Made by a program: the position numbers and the translations under genes. The notes below the pieces were generated by a model. That model was not told where the DNA came from. It did not search any database and worked only from the letters and a program-made list of their open reading frames with translations. From positions 23,808,001-23,872,000 of the forward strand of contig OZ024752.1 of the NCBI GenBank assembly GCA_964016885.1: a DNA stretch of 64,000 nucleotides, in the 5' to 3' direction. Positions 35,160 through 49,251 of the stretch are shown here, in pieces. Each line of letters opens with the position of its first letter. The stretch's first letter is position 1. This DNA is from Eledone cirrhosa. Its lineage: Eukaryota.

Positions 35160-37304
35160 ATGCTGACCAAACTCGACCTTGATATTTCCTTGATGAACAT
35201 CCCTATCCCTCCAAGGAAACTATACTTAAAAACACTCATCAGACGTACCGACGGGTTCATCAAGCGAATTAGATGGAGGGCCTTCTTCCTCGACAACCCT
35301 GATGTAGCATCTACCAATGATGAGAAGTTCGGCTTCAAAACGAATAAGACACCACCCACCAACAGCCTACTCCAACCATTTGAAGAAGACCTCTTCAAGA
35401 TGATCAAGGATATTAAATTCCGTAGAGCCACCACACCATTCCAGGCCTACTTAAATGCCGAATTACGGAATATAAAAAAATCCCCTAATCTTTATGTCTC
35501 CTCCGATAAAACCAAAAACGTTTATGAGGTTGACCCACAGACCTACAATAAGCTGGCTAAAAATACCATCACGACCACCTACAAAAAGGTAATAGAGAGG
35601 GCACTGACTGAGACAAACGCGGCCGGAAAAGAAATCGCCAAGTCCCTTAAATTACACGACCGAACCGAACCTTTAAGGGTAAAAACCCCGCACTTTACCC
35701 TGAAGGACCATAAGGGAAACTTCCTCAACAAAGCATCAGTCAGACTTATCAACCCCACTCGTTCTGACATCGGCTCTATCAGTAAGAAGATCCTGGATAG
35801 AGTTCTACCATCATTGCGGGCAGCCTCACCACTTCCACTCTGGAGCAGAACATCTGAGGCAATATCATGGTTCCAAAAATTACCCGACAAACACCACACT
35901 CGCTTCCTGCAACTCGACATAGAAAACTACTATGCCTCTATCTCGGAGCCCCTCCTGAAGGATGCAATTAACTTTGCCAGGAATTTTACCACCATTACCG
36001 ATGCTGAGCAAGTTGTTATCCTCCACGCTCGTAAGACCTTTCTATACCACGATGGATCTTACTGGATCAACAAGAAATCTCAGACCCCATTTGACGTTAG
36101 CATGGGGGCGAGTGACTCGGCTGAAATTAGCGACCTTGTGGGCCTGTACATCCTACATCACCTGAAGAACCTCTTTACCGGCCTAACGGGAGGTTTATAC
36201 CGAGACGACGGCCTCTTCGCCCTGCATAAGGTTAACCCCAGAACCACCGATGGGTTTCGGAAAAACTTAAGCTCTTTCTTCTCTAATCTAGGATTTAGTA
36301 TAACTATAGAATCTAATTTGACTAGGGCCAACTTCTTAGATGTCACTCTCGACCTAGATACTTCCCTCTATTACCCGTACCACAAACCTAACGAGTCCCT
36401 TAAATATATTAATGTTAATTCAAACCACCCCCAAAACATCACTGATAACCTAGTAAAAAGCGTCTCTATTAGAATATCTGGCCTCTCCGCGAACAAAGAT
36501 ATTTTTAATGCATCTGCCTCCTACTACAATGACGCCCTCGCCCGTAGCGGATTTAAAGATAAGATAACTTACCTAGAAACCACCGCAAGATTGCAGAGGA
36601 GGAATAGACATAGGCAGATTAGCTGGTACAACCCTCCCTTCAATAGAGAGGTATCTACTCCGATAGCTAGGATTTTCTTCACTTTGCTGAAATTACACTT
36701 CCCCATACAACATAGGTACCACACCATCTTTAATAAGAACACAATAAGACTGTCTTACTCCACCACACCTAACCTAGCTAGGAATATAGCCAACCACAAT
36801 TCTAAAAAATTAAATAAGCCAACCACCTCCGAATCCAATCCCCGGACTGGGGCTCTATGTAATTGCCTAAATAAGGAAGCATGCCCACTTGAGAACAAAT
36901 GCCTCACAAATGATATCGTATACAAATGCGATGTCATCTCAGGCACCGAGGATTGCAAAAAAACTTACATCGGCATGACCTCCAACAACTTTAAGACCCG
37001 TTGGTATGCCCATACCCACTCCTTCAGAATACCGGACAAATCAAATCAGACAACACTCGCCTCCTACGTTTGGGACCTCAAAAGGAACTCCACCCCCTTC
37101 ACGCTTAAATGGAAAATACTCCAGAAAGCGCGCTCTAACAACGGAGGACACAAGGGCTGCGACCTTTGTATTTCAGAGAGCTACGAAATTTTATTCGCCA
37201 AGGGCCCGCTACTGAACAAACTCTCTGAACACTGCCCGAACTGCATGCACAAGAACTTTGCAACTTTCAAACACTTTAAGCCAGTGTTAAAGCCCGATGG
37301 CTAA
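35160..37304 (+). CDS. PLE polyprotein: reverse transcriptase + C-terminal GIY-YIG endonuclease (714 aa, uninterrupted)
   Basis: N-terminal SLMNIPIP...[13 protein letters not shown] motifs [10 protein letters not shown] / [12 protein letters not shown] / GLYRDDG / FLDVTL, CNCx5CP, DIVY..TYIGMT..FKTRW..H, CDLC, CMH. Confidence 0.93.
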   Translation: MLTKLDLDISLMNIPIPPRKLYLKTLIRRTDGFIKRIRWRAFFLDNPDVASTNDEKFGFKTNKTPPTNSLLQPFEEDLFKMIKDIKFRRATTPFQAYLNAELRNIKKSPNLYVSSDKTKNVYEVDPQTYNKLAKNTITTTYKKVIERALTETNAAGKEIAKSLKLHDRTEPLRVKTPHFTLKDHKGNFLNKASVRLINPTRSDIGSISKKILDRVLPSLRAASPLPLWSRTSEAISWFQKLPDKHHTRFLQLDIENYYASISEPLLKDAINFARNFTTITDAEQVVILHARKTFLYHDGSYWINKKSQTPFDVSMGASDSAEISDLVGLYILHHLKNLFTGLTGGLYRDDGLFALHKVNPRTTDGFRKNLSSFFSNLGFSITIESNLTRANFLDVTLDLDTSLYYPYHKPNESLKYINVNSNHPQNITDNLVKSVSIRISGLSANKDIFNASASYYNDALARSGFKDKITYLETTARLQRRNRHRQISWYNPPFNREVSTPIARIFFTLLKLHFPIQHRYHTIFNKNTIRLSYSTTPNLARNIANHNSKKLNKPTTSESNPRTGALCNCLNKEACPLENKCLTNDIVYKCDVISGTEDCKKTYIGMTSNNFKTRWYAHTHSFRIPDKSNQTTLASYVWDLKRNSTPFTLKWKILQKARSNNGGHKGCDLCISESYEILFAKGPLLNKLSEHCPNCMHKNFATFKHFKPVLKPDG

Positions 37305-37629
37305 AAACGACCTCCCCCTATTGGCCCCTATACCTCCTTCCCACCCTACCCCCACCCCTCCTCAACCTGAAATACGGCCACTATGGTTATGTGAGTACCT
37401 CTTTCCTATCTACATTTTCTGCCTGTAGAGGTGTTTTTATGTGCCTGCGTATATGCGTATATTTATTGAGTACTTATTTATTTATTTATTTGTATGTGTA
37501 TGTATTTGTGTGTATGTGTGTATATGTATGTGTATGTGTATATATATATATATTTATATATGTGTGTGTTTATGTGTTTTATGTGTGTATATCTATGTAT
37601 GTATATATATATATGTATATATGTATATG

Positions 37630-37674
<45 letters not shown>

Positions 37675-37815
37675 ATATATGTGTATGTATGTGTATGTGT
37701 ATGTATGTATATTTGTATATGTATGTATATATATATATATATATATATGTGTGTATGTGTGTGTGTGTGTGTATATATATATGTGTGTGTGTGTGTGCAG
37801 GTGTGTATATATATG

Positions 37816-38205
<390 letters not shown>

Positions 38206-38477
38206 TATATGTGCGTGAGAGAGAGTGTGTGTATATATATTTGTGTGTGTGTGTATGCGTGTGTATATATATGTATATATGTGTGTATATATGCGTATAT
38301 ATGTTTGTATATATGTGTATATTTATGTATATGTCTGTGTATGTATGTGTATATATGTATATATATATATATATATAGATATATATTCATGTATATGTGT
38401 GTGTGTGTGTATATATGTGTATATGTGTGTGTGTGTATATATGTGTGTGTATATGTATGTATATATATGTGTGTATG

Positions 38478-38512
<35 letters not shown>

Positions 38513-38639
38513 GTATATATATATATTATGTATGTATGTATGTGTGTATGTGTGTATGTATGTGTGTGTGTGTATATGTATATATGTGTATATATGTTCT
38601 GTGTGTGTGTATGTGTATATATGTGTGTATATGTATATT

Positions 38640-38690
<51 letters not shown>

Positions 38691-38821
38691 GTATATATAT
38701 ATATGTATATATATATATATGTATGGTGCTTTTTCCTTATATATGTGTATATGTGTGTGTGTGTGTGTGTATATATATATGTATGTGTGTGTGTGTGTGT
38801 ATGTATATGTATCTATTTGTT

Positions 38822-38868
<47 letters not shown>

Positions 38869-38950
38869 GTTATTCCGGGTTGAATCGGAGGTAACCACAG
38901 TAAGTAAGGTACTCAATACATTGCAGAGTATAAAAGTGTTAATATAGATG

Positions 38951-39001
38951 AGATTCTACAGGACTAGAACTGTTTCATTCTTTAGAAATCATCAGGAATC
39001 T
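38951..39001 (-). ncRNA. Hammerhead ribozyme motif (family 1, inverted pLTR of copy 2)
   Basis: Reverse complement of 34980-35030. Confidence 0.8.
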
Positions 39002-39576
39002 GGGTATCAAAAAATAAATATGGTATTTATAGGTCTCTACAAGTGGTAGGAGAGGGTGGGGAGTGGGATGGGTGTAGGTCATTGGTTGATAGAAAAGGGA
39101 ATTCATTAAAAGCTAATTCTACAAAGCTATAGTTTATTTTTATTAATTTTTGTTTTTAGAGTAACAAAGGCAGACAGAATTCTATAAACAGGTTCCGGAT
39201 GGCATACCATTCCTTGTCATTAAGTTTCTCTTAAGCTAACAGATGTCTATAAGATCAGTGGGGGGTCAGTCATGGTAGATAGAATTAAAGGAAAGGGAGA
39301 TTCTTTAAAAGCTAAATTCATTAAGGTTCTACTAAGTGACATGTTTAGAGAATTCTGTAGACAGATTCAAAATACTGAGTGCATATCTTACAATTATCTT
39401 CGAACTTCTCTTAAACTGATCAACTATATGCCAAAAATCAACATACACATTCACAAAAAAACACACTCACTCACACACTCGCGCGCAACCATAAACACAC
39501 ATACACATACACATATACACACATAAAAACACACACACATATATAAATATATCTATATACACACATATACACACAC

Positions 39577-39607
<31 letters not shown>

Positions 39608-39716
39608 CACACACACATACATATATATACACACACACACACTCATATATACACATATAAATACACTCACACACATACATATATATGCATGTGTATACAT
39701 ATACATATATATACAC

Positions 39717-39747
<31 letters not shown>

Positions 39748-39767
39748 TATATATATATGACGTTAGC

Positions 39768-40970
39768 ATGGGGGCGAGTGACTCGGCTGAAATTAGCGAC
39801 CTTGTGGGCCTGTACATCCTACACCACCTGAAGAACCTCTTTACCGGCCTAACGGGAGGTTTATACCGAGACGACGGCCTCTTCGCCCTGCATAAGGTTA
39901 ACCCCAGAACCACCGATGGGTTTCGGAAAAACTTAAGCTCTTTCTTCTCTAATCTAGGATTTAGTATAACTATAGAATCTAATTTGACTAGGGCCAACTT
40001 CTTAGATGTCACTCTCGACCTAGATACTTCCCTCTATTACCCGTACCACAAACCTAACGAGTCCCTTAAATATATTAATGTTAATTCAAACCACCCTCAA
40101 AACATCATTGATAACCTAGTAAAAAGCGTCTCTATTAGAATATCTGGCCTCTCCGCGAACAAAGATATTTTTAATGCATCTGCCTCCTACTACAATGACG
40201 CCCTCGCCCGTAGCGGATTTAAAGATAAGATAACTTACCTAGAAACCACCGCAAGATTGCAGAGGAGGAATAGACATAGGCAGATTAGCTGGTACAACCC
40301 TCCCTTCAATAGAGAGGTATCTACTCCGATAGCTAGGATTTTCTTCACTTTGCTGAAATTACACTTCCCCATACAACATAGGTACCACACCATCTTTAAT
40401 AAGAACACAATAAGACTGTCTTACTCCACCACACCTAACCTAGCTAGGAATATAGCCAACCACAATTCTAAAAAATTAAATAAGCCAACCACCTCCGAAC
40501 CCAATCCCCGGACTGGGGCTCTATGTAATTGCCTAAATAAGGAAGCATGCCCACTTGAAAACAAATGCCTCACAAATGATATCGTATACAAATGCGATGT
40601 CATCTCAGGCACCGAGGATTGCAAAGAAACTTACATCGGCATGACCTCCAACAACTTTAAGACCCGTTGGTATGCCCATACCCACTCCTTCAGAATACCG
40701 GACAAATCAAATCAGACAACACTCGCCTCCTACGTTTGGGACCTCAAAAGGAACTCCACCCCCTTCACGCTTAAATGGAAAATACTCCAGAAAGCGCGCT
40801 CTAACAACGGAGGACACAAGGGCTGCGACCTTTGTATTTCAGAGAGCTACGAAATTTTATTCGCCAAGGGCCCGCTACTGAACAAACTCTCTGAACACTG
40901 CCCGAACTGCATGCACAAGAACTTTGCAACTTTCAAACACTTTAAGCCAGTGTTAAAGCCCGATGGCTAA
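39768..40970 (+). pseudogene. 5'-truncated PLE RT/GIY-YIG ORF (400 aa), near-identical to the C-terminal part of 35160..37304
   Basis: Three amino-acid differences seen (T>I, S>P, K>E). Confidence 0.92.
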
Positions 40971-41269
40971 AAACGACCTCCCCCTATTGGCCCCTATACC
41001 TCCTTCCCACCCTACCCCCACCCCTCCTCAACCTGAAATACGGCCACTATGGTTATGTGAGTACCTCTTTCCTATCTACATTTTCTGCCTGTAGAGGTGT
41101 TTTTATGTGGCTGCGTATATGCGTATATTTATTGAGTACTTATTTATTTGTATGTGTATATATTTGTGTGTATGTGTGTGTATGTATGTGTATGTATATA
41201 TATATATGTATGTGTGTATATGTGTTTTATGTGTATATTTATGTATGTATGTGTATGTATATATGTATA

Positions 41270-41322
<53 letters not shown>

Positions 41323-41355
41323 GTGTATGTGTATGTATGTATATATGTATATGTT

Positions 41356-41390
<35 letters not shown>

Positions 41391-41465
41391 ATGTGTGTAT
41401 GTGTGTGTGTGTATATATATATATATGTGTGTGTGTGCAGGTGTGTATATATATATATGTGTGTA

Positions 41466-41512
<47 letters not shown>

Positions 41513-41663
41513 GTGCGTGAGAGAGAGTGTGTGTATATATATTTGTGCGTGTGTGTGCGTATGTGTGTATGCGTGTATATATATGTATATATGTGTGTAT
41601 ATATGCGTATATATGTTTGTATATATGTGTATATTTATGTATATGTCTGTGTATGTATGTGTA

Positions 41664-41701
<38 letters not shown>

Positions 41702-41707
41702 TGTGTA

Positions 41708-41760
<53 letters not shown>

Positions 41761-41823
41761 GTATTCGTGTATGTATGTATGTATGTATGTGTGTGTGTAT
41801 GTATATGTATATATTTGTTTATG

Positions 41824-41856
<33 letters not shown>

Positions 41857-41905
41857 TTGTGTGTATGTGTGTGCATATGTGTATATATGTGTGTGTATAT
41901 ATATG

Positions 41906-41943
<38 letters not shown>

Positions 41944-42670
41944 ATATATATATATATATCTATGTGTATATATATGTATATGTATACACATGTATATTTG
42001 TGTGTATGTATGTATGTGTGTGAGTGTATTTATATGTGTATATATGAGTGTGTGTGTGTGTGTATATATATGTATGTATATATATATATATATGTGTGTG
42101 TATATGTGTATATATAGATATATTTATATATGTGTGTGTGTTTTTATGTGTGTACATGTGTATGTGTATGCGTGTTTATGGTTGCGCGCGAGTGTGTGAG
42201 TGAGTGTGTTTTTTTGTGAATGTGTCTGTTGATTTTTGGCATATACTTGATTAGTTTAAGAGAAGTTCGAAGATAATTGTAAGATATGCACTCAGTATTT
42301 TGAATCTGGCTACAGAATTCTCTAAACCTTTGTCACTTAGTAGAACCTTAATGAATTTAGCTTTTAAAGAATCTCCCTTTCCTTTAATTCTATCTACCAT
42401 GACTGACCCCCCACTGATCTTATAGACATCTGTTAGCGTAAGAGAAACTTAATGACAAGGAATGGTATGCCATCCGGAACCTGTTTATAGAATTCTGTCT
42501 GCCTTTGTTTCTCTAAAAACAAAAATTAATAAAAATAAACTATAGCTTTGTAGAATTAGCTTTTAATGAATTCCCTTTTCTATCAACCAATGACCTACAC
42601 CCATCCCACTCCCCACCCTCTCCTACCACTTGTAGAGACCTATAAATACCATATTTATTTTTTGATACCC

Positions 42671-42721
42671 AGATTCCTGATGATTTCTAAAGAATGAAAC
42701 AGTTCTAGTCCTGTAGAATCT
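42671..42721 (+). ncRNA. Hammerhead ribozyme motif (family 1, 3' pLTR of copy 2)
   Basis: Identical to 34980-35030. Confidence 0.85.
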
Positions 42722-42736
42722 CATCTATATTAAAAC

Positions 42737-42771
<35 letters not shown>

Positions 42772-42843
42772 TTGTGTGTATGTGTGTGTATATGTATATA
42801 TATGTGTATGTGTGTATATGTATGTATTATATATATATATATG

Positions 42844-42882
<39 letters not shown>

Positions 42883-43027
42883 ATATATATATATATATAT
42901 CTATGTGTATATGTATGTATATGTATACACATGTATATTTGTGTGTATGTATGTATGTGTGTGAGTGTATATATATGTGTATATATATGTGTGTGTGTGT
43001 GTGTGTATATATATGTATGTGTGTATG

Positions 43028-43058
<31 letters not shown>

Positions 43059-43619
43059 ATATGTATATATATAAATATATTTATATATGTGTGTGTGTTT
43101 TTATGTGTGTATATGTGTATGTGTATGTATGGTTGCGCGCGAGTGTGTGAGTGAATGTGTTTTTTTGTGAATGTGTCTGTTGATTTTTGGCATATAGTTG
43201 ATTAGTTTAAGAGAAGTTCGAAGATAATTGTAAGATATGCACTCAGTATTTTGAATCTGTCTACAGAATTCTTTAAACCTTTGTCACTTAGTAAAACCTT
43301 AATGAATTTAGCTTTTAAAGAATCTCCCTTTCCTTTAATTCTATCTACCATGACTGACCCCCCACTGATCTTATAGACATCTGTTAGCTTAAGAGAAACT
43401 TAATGACAAGGAATGGTATGCCATCCGGAACCTGTTTATAGAATTCTGTCTGCCTTTGTTACTCTAAAAACAAAAATTAATAAAAATAAACTATAGCTTT
43501 GTAGAATTAGCTTTTAATGAATTCCCTTTTCTATCAACCAATGACCTACACCCATCCCACTCCCCACCCTCTCCTACCACTTGTAGAGACCTATAAATAC
43601 CATTTTTTTTTTTATACCC

Positions 43620-43670
43620 AGATTCCTGATGATTTCTAAAGAATGAAACAGTTCTAGTCCTGTAGAATCT
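43620..43670 (+). ncRNA. Hammerhead ribozyme motif (family 1, 3' pLTR of copy 1)
   Basis: Identical to 34980-35030. Confidence 0.85.
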
Positions 43671-45328
43671 CATCTATATTAAAACTTTTATACTCTGCAA
43701 TGTATTGAGTACCTTACTTACTGTGGTTACCTCCGATTCAACCCGGAATAACGTATTACTCTTTTACTCTTTTACCTGTTTCAGCCATCCGGCTGAGGCC
43801 ATATATATATATATATGTAGGAGGTGAGTTTTATTGTAGTACAATAAAGCAACTCTTTGAGTCGGAAAATTCCTAAACTTCGCGGTGGAATTTATCGTGA
43901 CGATGGACTCTTTACTATCTTAAATTGCAACATATTAATAAAAACAATATACGTAATCTCTTTAACCAACATAACTTAAAAATTGAATTTGATAACAGCA
44001 TCAAACTAGCTAATTTCTTGGATGTATCTCTTAATCTTGACACTGGCCTATATTACCCTTACCATAAAAACAATGAGAACCTAAATTATGTTAATTTTAA
44101 ATCTAACCAACCCACTAATATTAAGAATGCTCTAGTTAGTAATATTGGAAAAAGAATATCTAACCTATCTTCTAATAAAAACATCTTTGGTGCTAACGCC
44201 AATTACTATAATAACGCGCTTTCTAAAGCCGGCTATCCTGATAAAATCAAATATAGTAAAGAAACAAATTCTAGAAGATCTTACAGTAGAATAATTAATC
44301 ATGATCATTCCAATAACTTTAATAAAAGACCTAGATACAAAAACATAATCTGGTATAATGCTCCTTTCTCCATCTCTATTAATAATAATATTCCTAAATT
44401 ATTCTTTAGTGCCTTAAATAAATGCTTCCCTCCCTCACATATCTATAGTAAAATATTTAACAAACACACTATAAAATTTTCCTATTCGACCTCCTCCAGC
44501 ATTTCCAACATTATCTCTAACCACAACAATAAAATACTAAATACTAAATCTCTTCCTTCCAACACTGAATATCATAATAATAGTAATAGTACTCCCGACG
44601 TCATTGTAAACTCTAGGCTAATTTCTGAAAACCCAAATACAACGTCAAACACAACTTCGCTAAATGTTCTTAATCCCATTCTAAATCAAGAAACTATTAT
44701 TCCTATCGTAAATAACTTCTCCAATCCAATTCCTTCTATAGATAACACTAGGTCACTCGTTAATAACTCTGCTAATCTCTCTAATCGCAATTGCAATTGC
44801 CCTGTTAAAAATAAATGTCCTCTCAACAACCATTGTCTTGAAAAAACTTAATCTACGAATGTAAAGTTATAACTGACACCAATTCCTTCACCTATTTTGG
44901 CTCCACTTCCACCTCCTTTAAAGCTCGTCTTTATAATCATCATTCGTCTTTTAAATACCAACTTAAAAGAACCAACACGGCACTCTCAGAACTTATATGG
45001 TCCTTGAAAGACAAAAATATTAAATATAACATCTCTTGGAAAAAGGTTTCTTCTGCTTCTCCCTACTTGAACAGTTCTCTATCCAAGACTTGCAATCTTT
45101 GTTTAAATGAAAAATTTACCATTATATCTAATTTAGATTCTATAATAAATAGACGCACTGACTTGTATTCTCTCTGCTTGCATAAATTCGACAGAACATT
45201 CCATAAAGTATACAGCTAATATCTAATACTTTATCAATTTAAAATCCTTTTCTCAAAGGCACATATATATATATATACTTCTTTAAAAATATACCCATCT
45301 TTCTACCTTATTTCAAAGTTATTTATTA

Positions 45329-46236
45329 TCTATATATATAAAACTGTGGTTGTCTGTCTGTCTATCGATTTTTGGCACACATCTCCTCTTAGAATCTCTC
45401 ACGGAATTGCACCGAAATTGCTATAGTTGTACATTGAGCCCTAGCGAAGACATCGGAAAAAAAAAATTTCAAATTGACCCACCCTATGTGACGAAATCGA
45501 ATATAATGTATCGATTTTTGAGCGTAAGTTATCAGTTATTTCCCTTTGTTCTGTTTACATTGAGCGTCTTACGTAAAAAATTACGCTGGCTTTCTCAGCG
45601 TTTAAAATGACATTAACACAATACACGAACAGTTCGAACACTAAGCTTCCGTTTTGCTTCATTTCCATTTAAAAGCATTTTAAAACAATATTTTTACTTG
45701 AAAACAAGTCTATTTAAAGACTACGTAAAACAAGCAAATATTTCGTCGTTAGGCGTGCAGACAGACAGTCGTGCAGACAGACAGTCGTGCAGAGAGGTGA
45801 TATACGCGTGCAGACAGACAGTCGTGCAGAGAGGTGATATAGGCGTGCAGACAGATAGTCGTGCAGAGAGGTGATATAGGCGTGCAGACAGACAGTCGTG
45901 CAGAGAGGTGATGTAGGCGTGCAGACAGACATAACTGATAATTTGGTTACGCTAATGTTTTTCTCTGCGTTGCAGTGTTTACATTTTCGATCTTTGTTAA
46001 TAAATAACCAGTGCAGTTTCTATCCCCAGCATCCTCTTTTGTTATAACATTCGGGTTATCGTTATGTTTTCTTAACTTCATAAGGCATATTGTTGGTTGA
46101 GGGAATATTAATCAAAAACACCACATGCAAGTCTGCACAGTAGACACTACAGTTTTTAAGCCAAGAAAGAAACTTAACATTGTAACTTTAACACAGCTAC
46201 TGAGCGACCCCGAGCAACGCCGGGCTTTACTGCTAG
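45329..46236 (+). mobile_element. Non-autonomous Helitron inserted in the 3' region of PLE family 2; internal 37-bp tandem repeat (45751-45930)
   Basis: A|TCTATATATATAAAA...gtctgtctgtct start; cccgagcaacgccggg hairpin (46209-46224) + CTAG|T end. Confidence 0.87.
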
Positions 46237-47052
46237 TACATTATATAATACTAGTTACTCATTCTATATCATTCCTATTTATCACTTCCCTTTCTTCCTT
46301 TTCCTTTTCTTTTCTTTTTCTTTTAATTTCTAACCCCTAATCTGTACCTTTTCTCATTGTGCCTAACATAGAAACAATTATTACACAGTACAATATATTC
46401 TTACAATATATCACCTTGAAAAAATCCTTTGTAAACATAAACATTTTTTTTGACGTTAGATTATTCATCCTCAATTCATTATTTTTTTCTCCCTTTCATG
46501 CTCATCTAACTTATTCATCCTATCTTCTACTTCTTTCACAATATATCCTTACTTACATTACTATTTCTATATTTTTTTTTTTTTTAATAATACATATCAA
46601 CATTTTCTTTCCATCGCACATATTATTAAACCCTTAAATATTATTCTTAATACATATTAACAATTTCTTTTCATCGCACATATTAAACCCTTCAATATAC
46701 AAACCTTAACTTAACATTATTTTTCTCTTCGTTAAATTTCAAATTCTTTTAATTAATATATTATCTTCCAACGGTTTTTCAACCTCTCTATGTAAAACAA
46801 TATATTTTTCTCAGTTATAAAAGCTATCTCTTTCTCTCTATCACCCATCTCTCCTCCTATCTTATCCTTCCTCATTATACTCCTCCCCCTCCATTTTTAC
46901 TCTCATCTCCTCCTCTTTTTCACCCTTTCCAACCCCAACCCCCTCAACATTTTTTTTCCCAATATCACACATCAATCTAAAAGTACTTTTCATATGTTGA
47001 TTTAAAACTGCACTATTCACAAGTGTTCTTTAACCTTCATATCATGTCTTCC

Positions 47053-47123
47053 TATTTTATCTGATGAAAACACAAATGTTATTGCATGATGATATTTGTT
47101 TTTGAAATGCGCATAATAAAATA
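47053..47123 (+). ncRNA. Type I hammerhead ribozyme motif (PLE family 2)
   Basis: TATTTTAT-CTGATGA-long stem II-GAAA-TGCGCA-TA-ATAAAATA: perfect 8-bp stem I, palindromic stem III, AUA triplet (after 47115). Confidence 0.85.
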
Positions 47124-47180
47124 CATGGAACTCTTTTAACCATCTTTTGATATTATATATTATATATATATATATATATA

Positions 47181-47400
47181 GTAATAATAATAAATTTGAA
47201 GACTAAAATCCAAAGAGGGCTCGATAAGGATAAATATATATCAAATATATAAGAACCGTAGAGCATATATTTATTAAAATAACAGATTAAAGTTTAAGCA
47301 AAGACTTACGTCTCCGAACATTTGTGTATTTACATGTAGGTATGTGTGTGCGCTTGTTATATACGTATTTATTTATATACGTTTATTTAATTATTTATAT

Positions 47401-47443
<43 letters not shown>

Positions 47444-48841
47444 CATATATATATATATGTTATATATATATATATATATATATATAACATATATATATAT
47501 ATGTTATATATATATATATATATAACATATATATATATATGTTATATATATATATATATATAACATATATATATATATGTTATATATATATATATATATA
47601 ATATATATATATAAGTTATATATATATATAAGTTATATATATATATATATAATATATATATAGTAATAATAATAATAGTAATAATAATAAAATTGAAGAC
47701 TAAAATCCAGAGAGGGCTCGATAAGGAAAATATATATCAAATATATAAGAACCGAAGAGCAAATATTTATTAAAATAACAGATTAAAGTTTAAGCAAAGA
47801 ATCGCTGCTTTCACCCTTAACGCGATCTTCTGAAACTAACAAAGTCAATCTGTAAACGCAGAACTGGATATTTCAAAAAACGTTGCAACCGGAGGAAGAC
47901 AGGAAGACGATACTTTGGTTCATGGTGACGTTCGCTGGCAAAGAACGGGAAAAAACGAATAATACGTCATTAATAGGAGCGGTGAAAAACAATTACGTGC
48001 AAGGACAGAACCACGTTAATGGTATAAAAGAGGTCGTAGACTAATGTTCTCTAAGTGGTGCATAGAGACGTTCTCTGGCAATGAACGAAAAAACGAAGAT
48101 AATAAGTCATATGTGGAGCGTGGAGAACAACAGCGTGCAAAGACAAAACCACGTAAATGGTATAGCAGAAGTCGTAGACTAAAATTCTAACTAGGAGACC
48201 GAATGAATCTCCGCTACAGAGTTAAGAACAGAGTAAATAAATACAATACAGAAGTAGTAGGAACAAATAAATACATACACGCAAACAGATACGTACATAC
48301 ACAAGCATACGCAAAACCTTACCATAGGTATACAAAACCACGCACATATAAATATGTGTATGTGTGTATGCTTGTGTACAAATAAATAAATAATTATATA
48401 AACGTATATAAGTAAATAAATACGTATATAACAAGCGCACACACATACCTACAAATAAATACATGAAGGTTCGGAGACGTAAGTCAACTAAAACAAGAAG
48501 TACACATATACACACACCCACCATACGTACGAACCTGCATACTCACGCAGACGCAAAACTCCCATATAGACATAACCAAGCCCTAAATACCAGAATATGT
48601 AAAAATTATACGCCAAAACAGTCAAATATACGTACGAGAAGGTATACATACCTTCACAAAACATACGGGTAATATATACTTACCTATGCAAATAAGTAAA
48701 GGAATAAACAAAACATATACTTAGCTCCCACATCAAGACGTAAATATCCACGTATAGATCGTGCTATCCGTTAGGGTATAACGTAGGGCTGTAATACAGG
48801 AAAATTTTGTGCAATTTATGTTTACAAGCCGAAATTAATAA

Positions 48842-48843
<2 letters not shown>
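47181..48843 (-). mobile_element. Probable non-coding 3' remnants of a fourth PLE family (duplicated terminus, internal inversion)
   Basis: 47181-47302 duplicates 47679-47800; 47303-47400 is an inverted copy of ~48390-48485; degenerate hammerhead at 47787-47837; ~140-bp internal duplication 47927-48190; embedded in (TA)n. Confidence 0.5.
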
Positions 48844-48892
<49 letters not shown>

Positions 48893-48938
48893 TATATAAG
48901 TTATATATATATATATATAATATATATATATATAACAC

Positions 48939-49051
<113 letters not shown>

Positions 49052-49251
49052 CATATATATATATAGTATTAATTGTACTATTTATGGTTATGAAAATACA
49101 AAAACCTTTTGCAGTTATATGTATTTTTTATACAAACCCTAAATAGTGGTAGGCAGTAATGTATTACTACCTTATTACCAGTAAGTTAAGTAGCTCAATG
49201 TAAAAACATCAGATGATTTACAGAGCAGTTATATGAAATATAAGAATCAAA

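Larger units (their letters stand above)
38866..42737 (+). mobile_element. PLE family 1, copy 2: 5'-truncated with inverted pLTR (38866-39757), nested in the (TA)n run of copy 1
   Basis: Inverted pLTR + microsatellite, then the ORF remnant from 39758, 3' region and pLTR ending ...attaaaact; (TA)n on both sides. Confidence 0.88.
43817..47152 (+). mobile_element. PLE family 2, 5'-truncated and frameshifted, flanked by (TA)n
   Basis: GGIYRDDGL at ~43880-43910; ORF 43925..44851 (ANFLDVSL, WYNAPF, CNCPVKNKCP); ORF 45004..45219 (CNLC, CLHK); long 3' region with a hammerhead. Confidence 0.88.
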
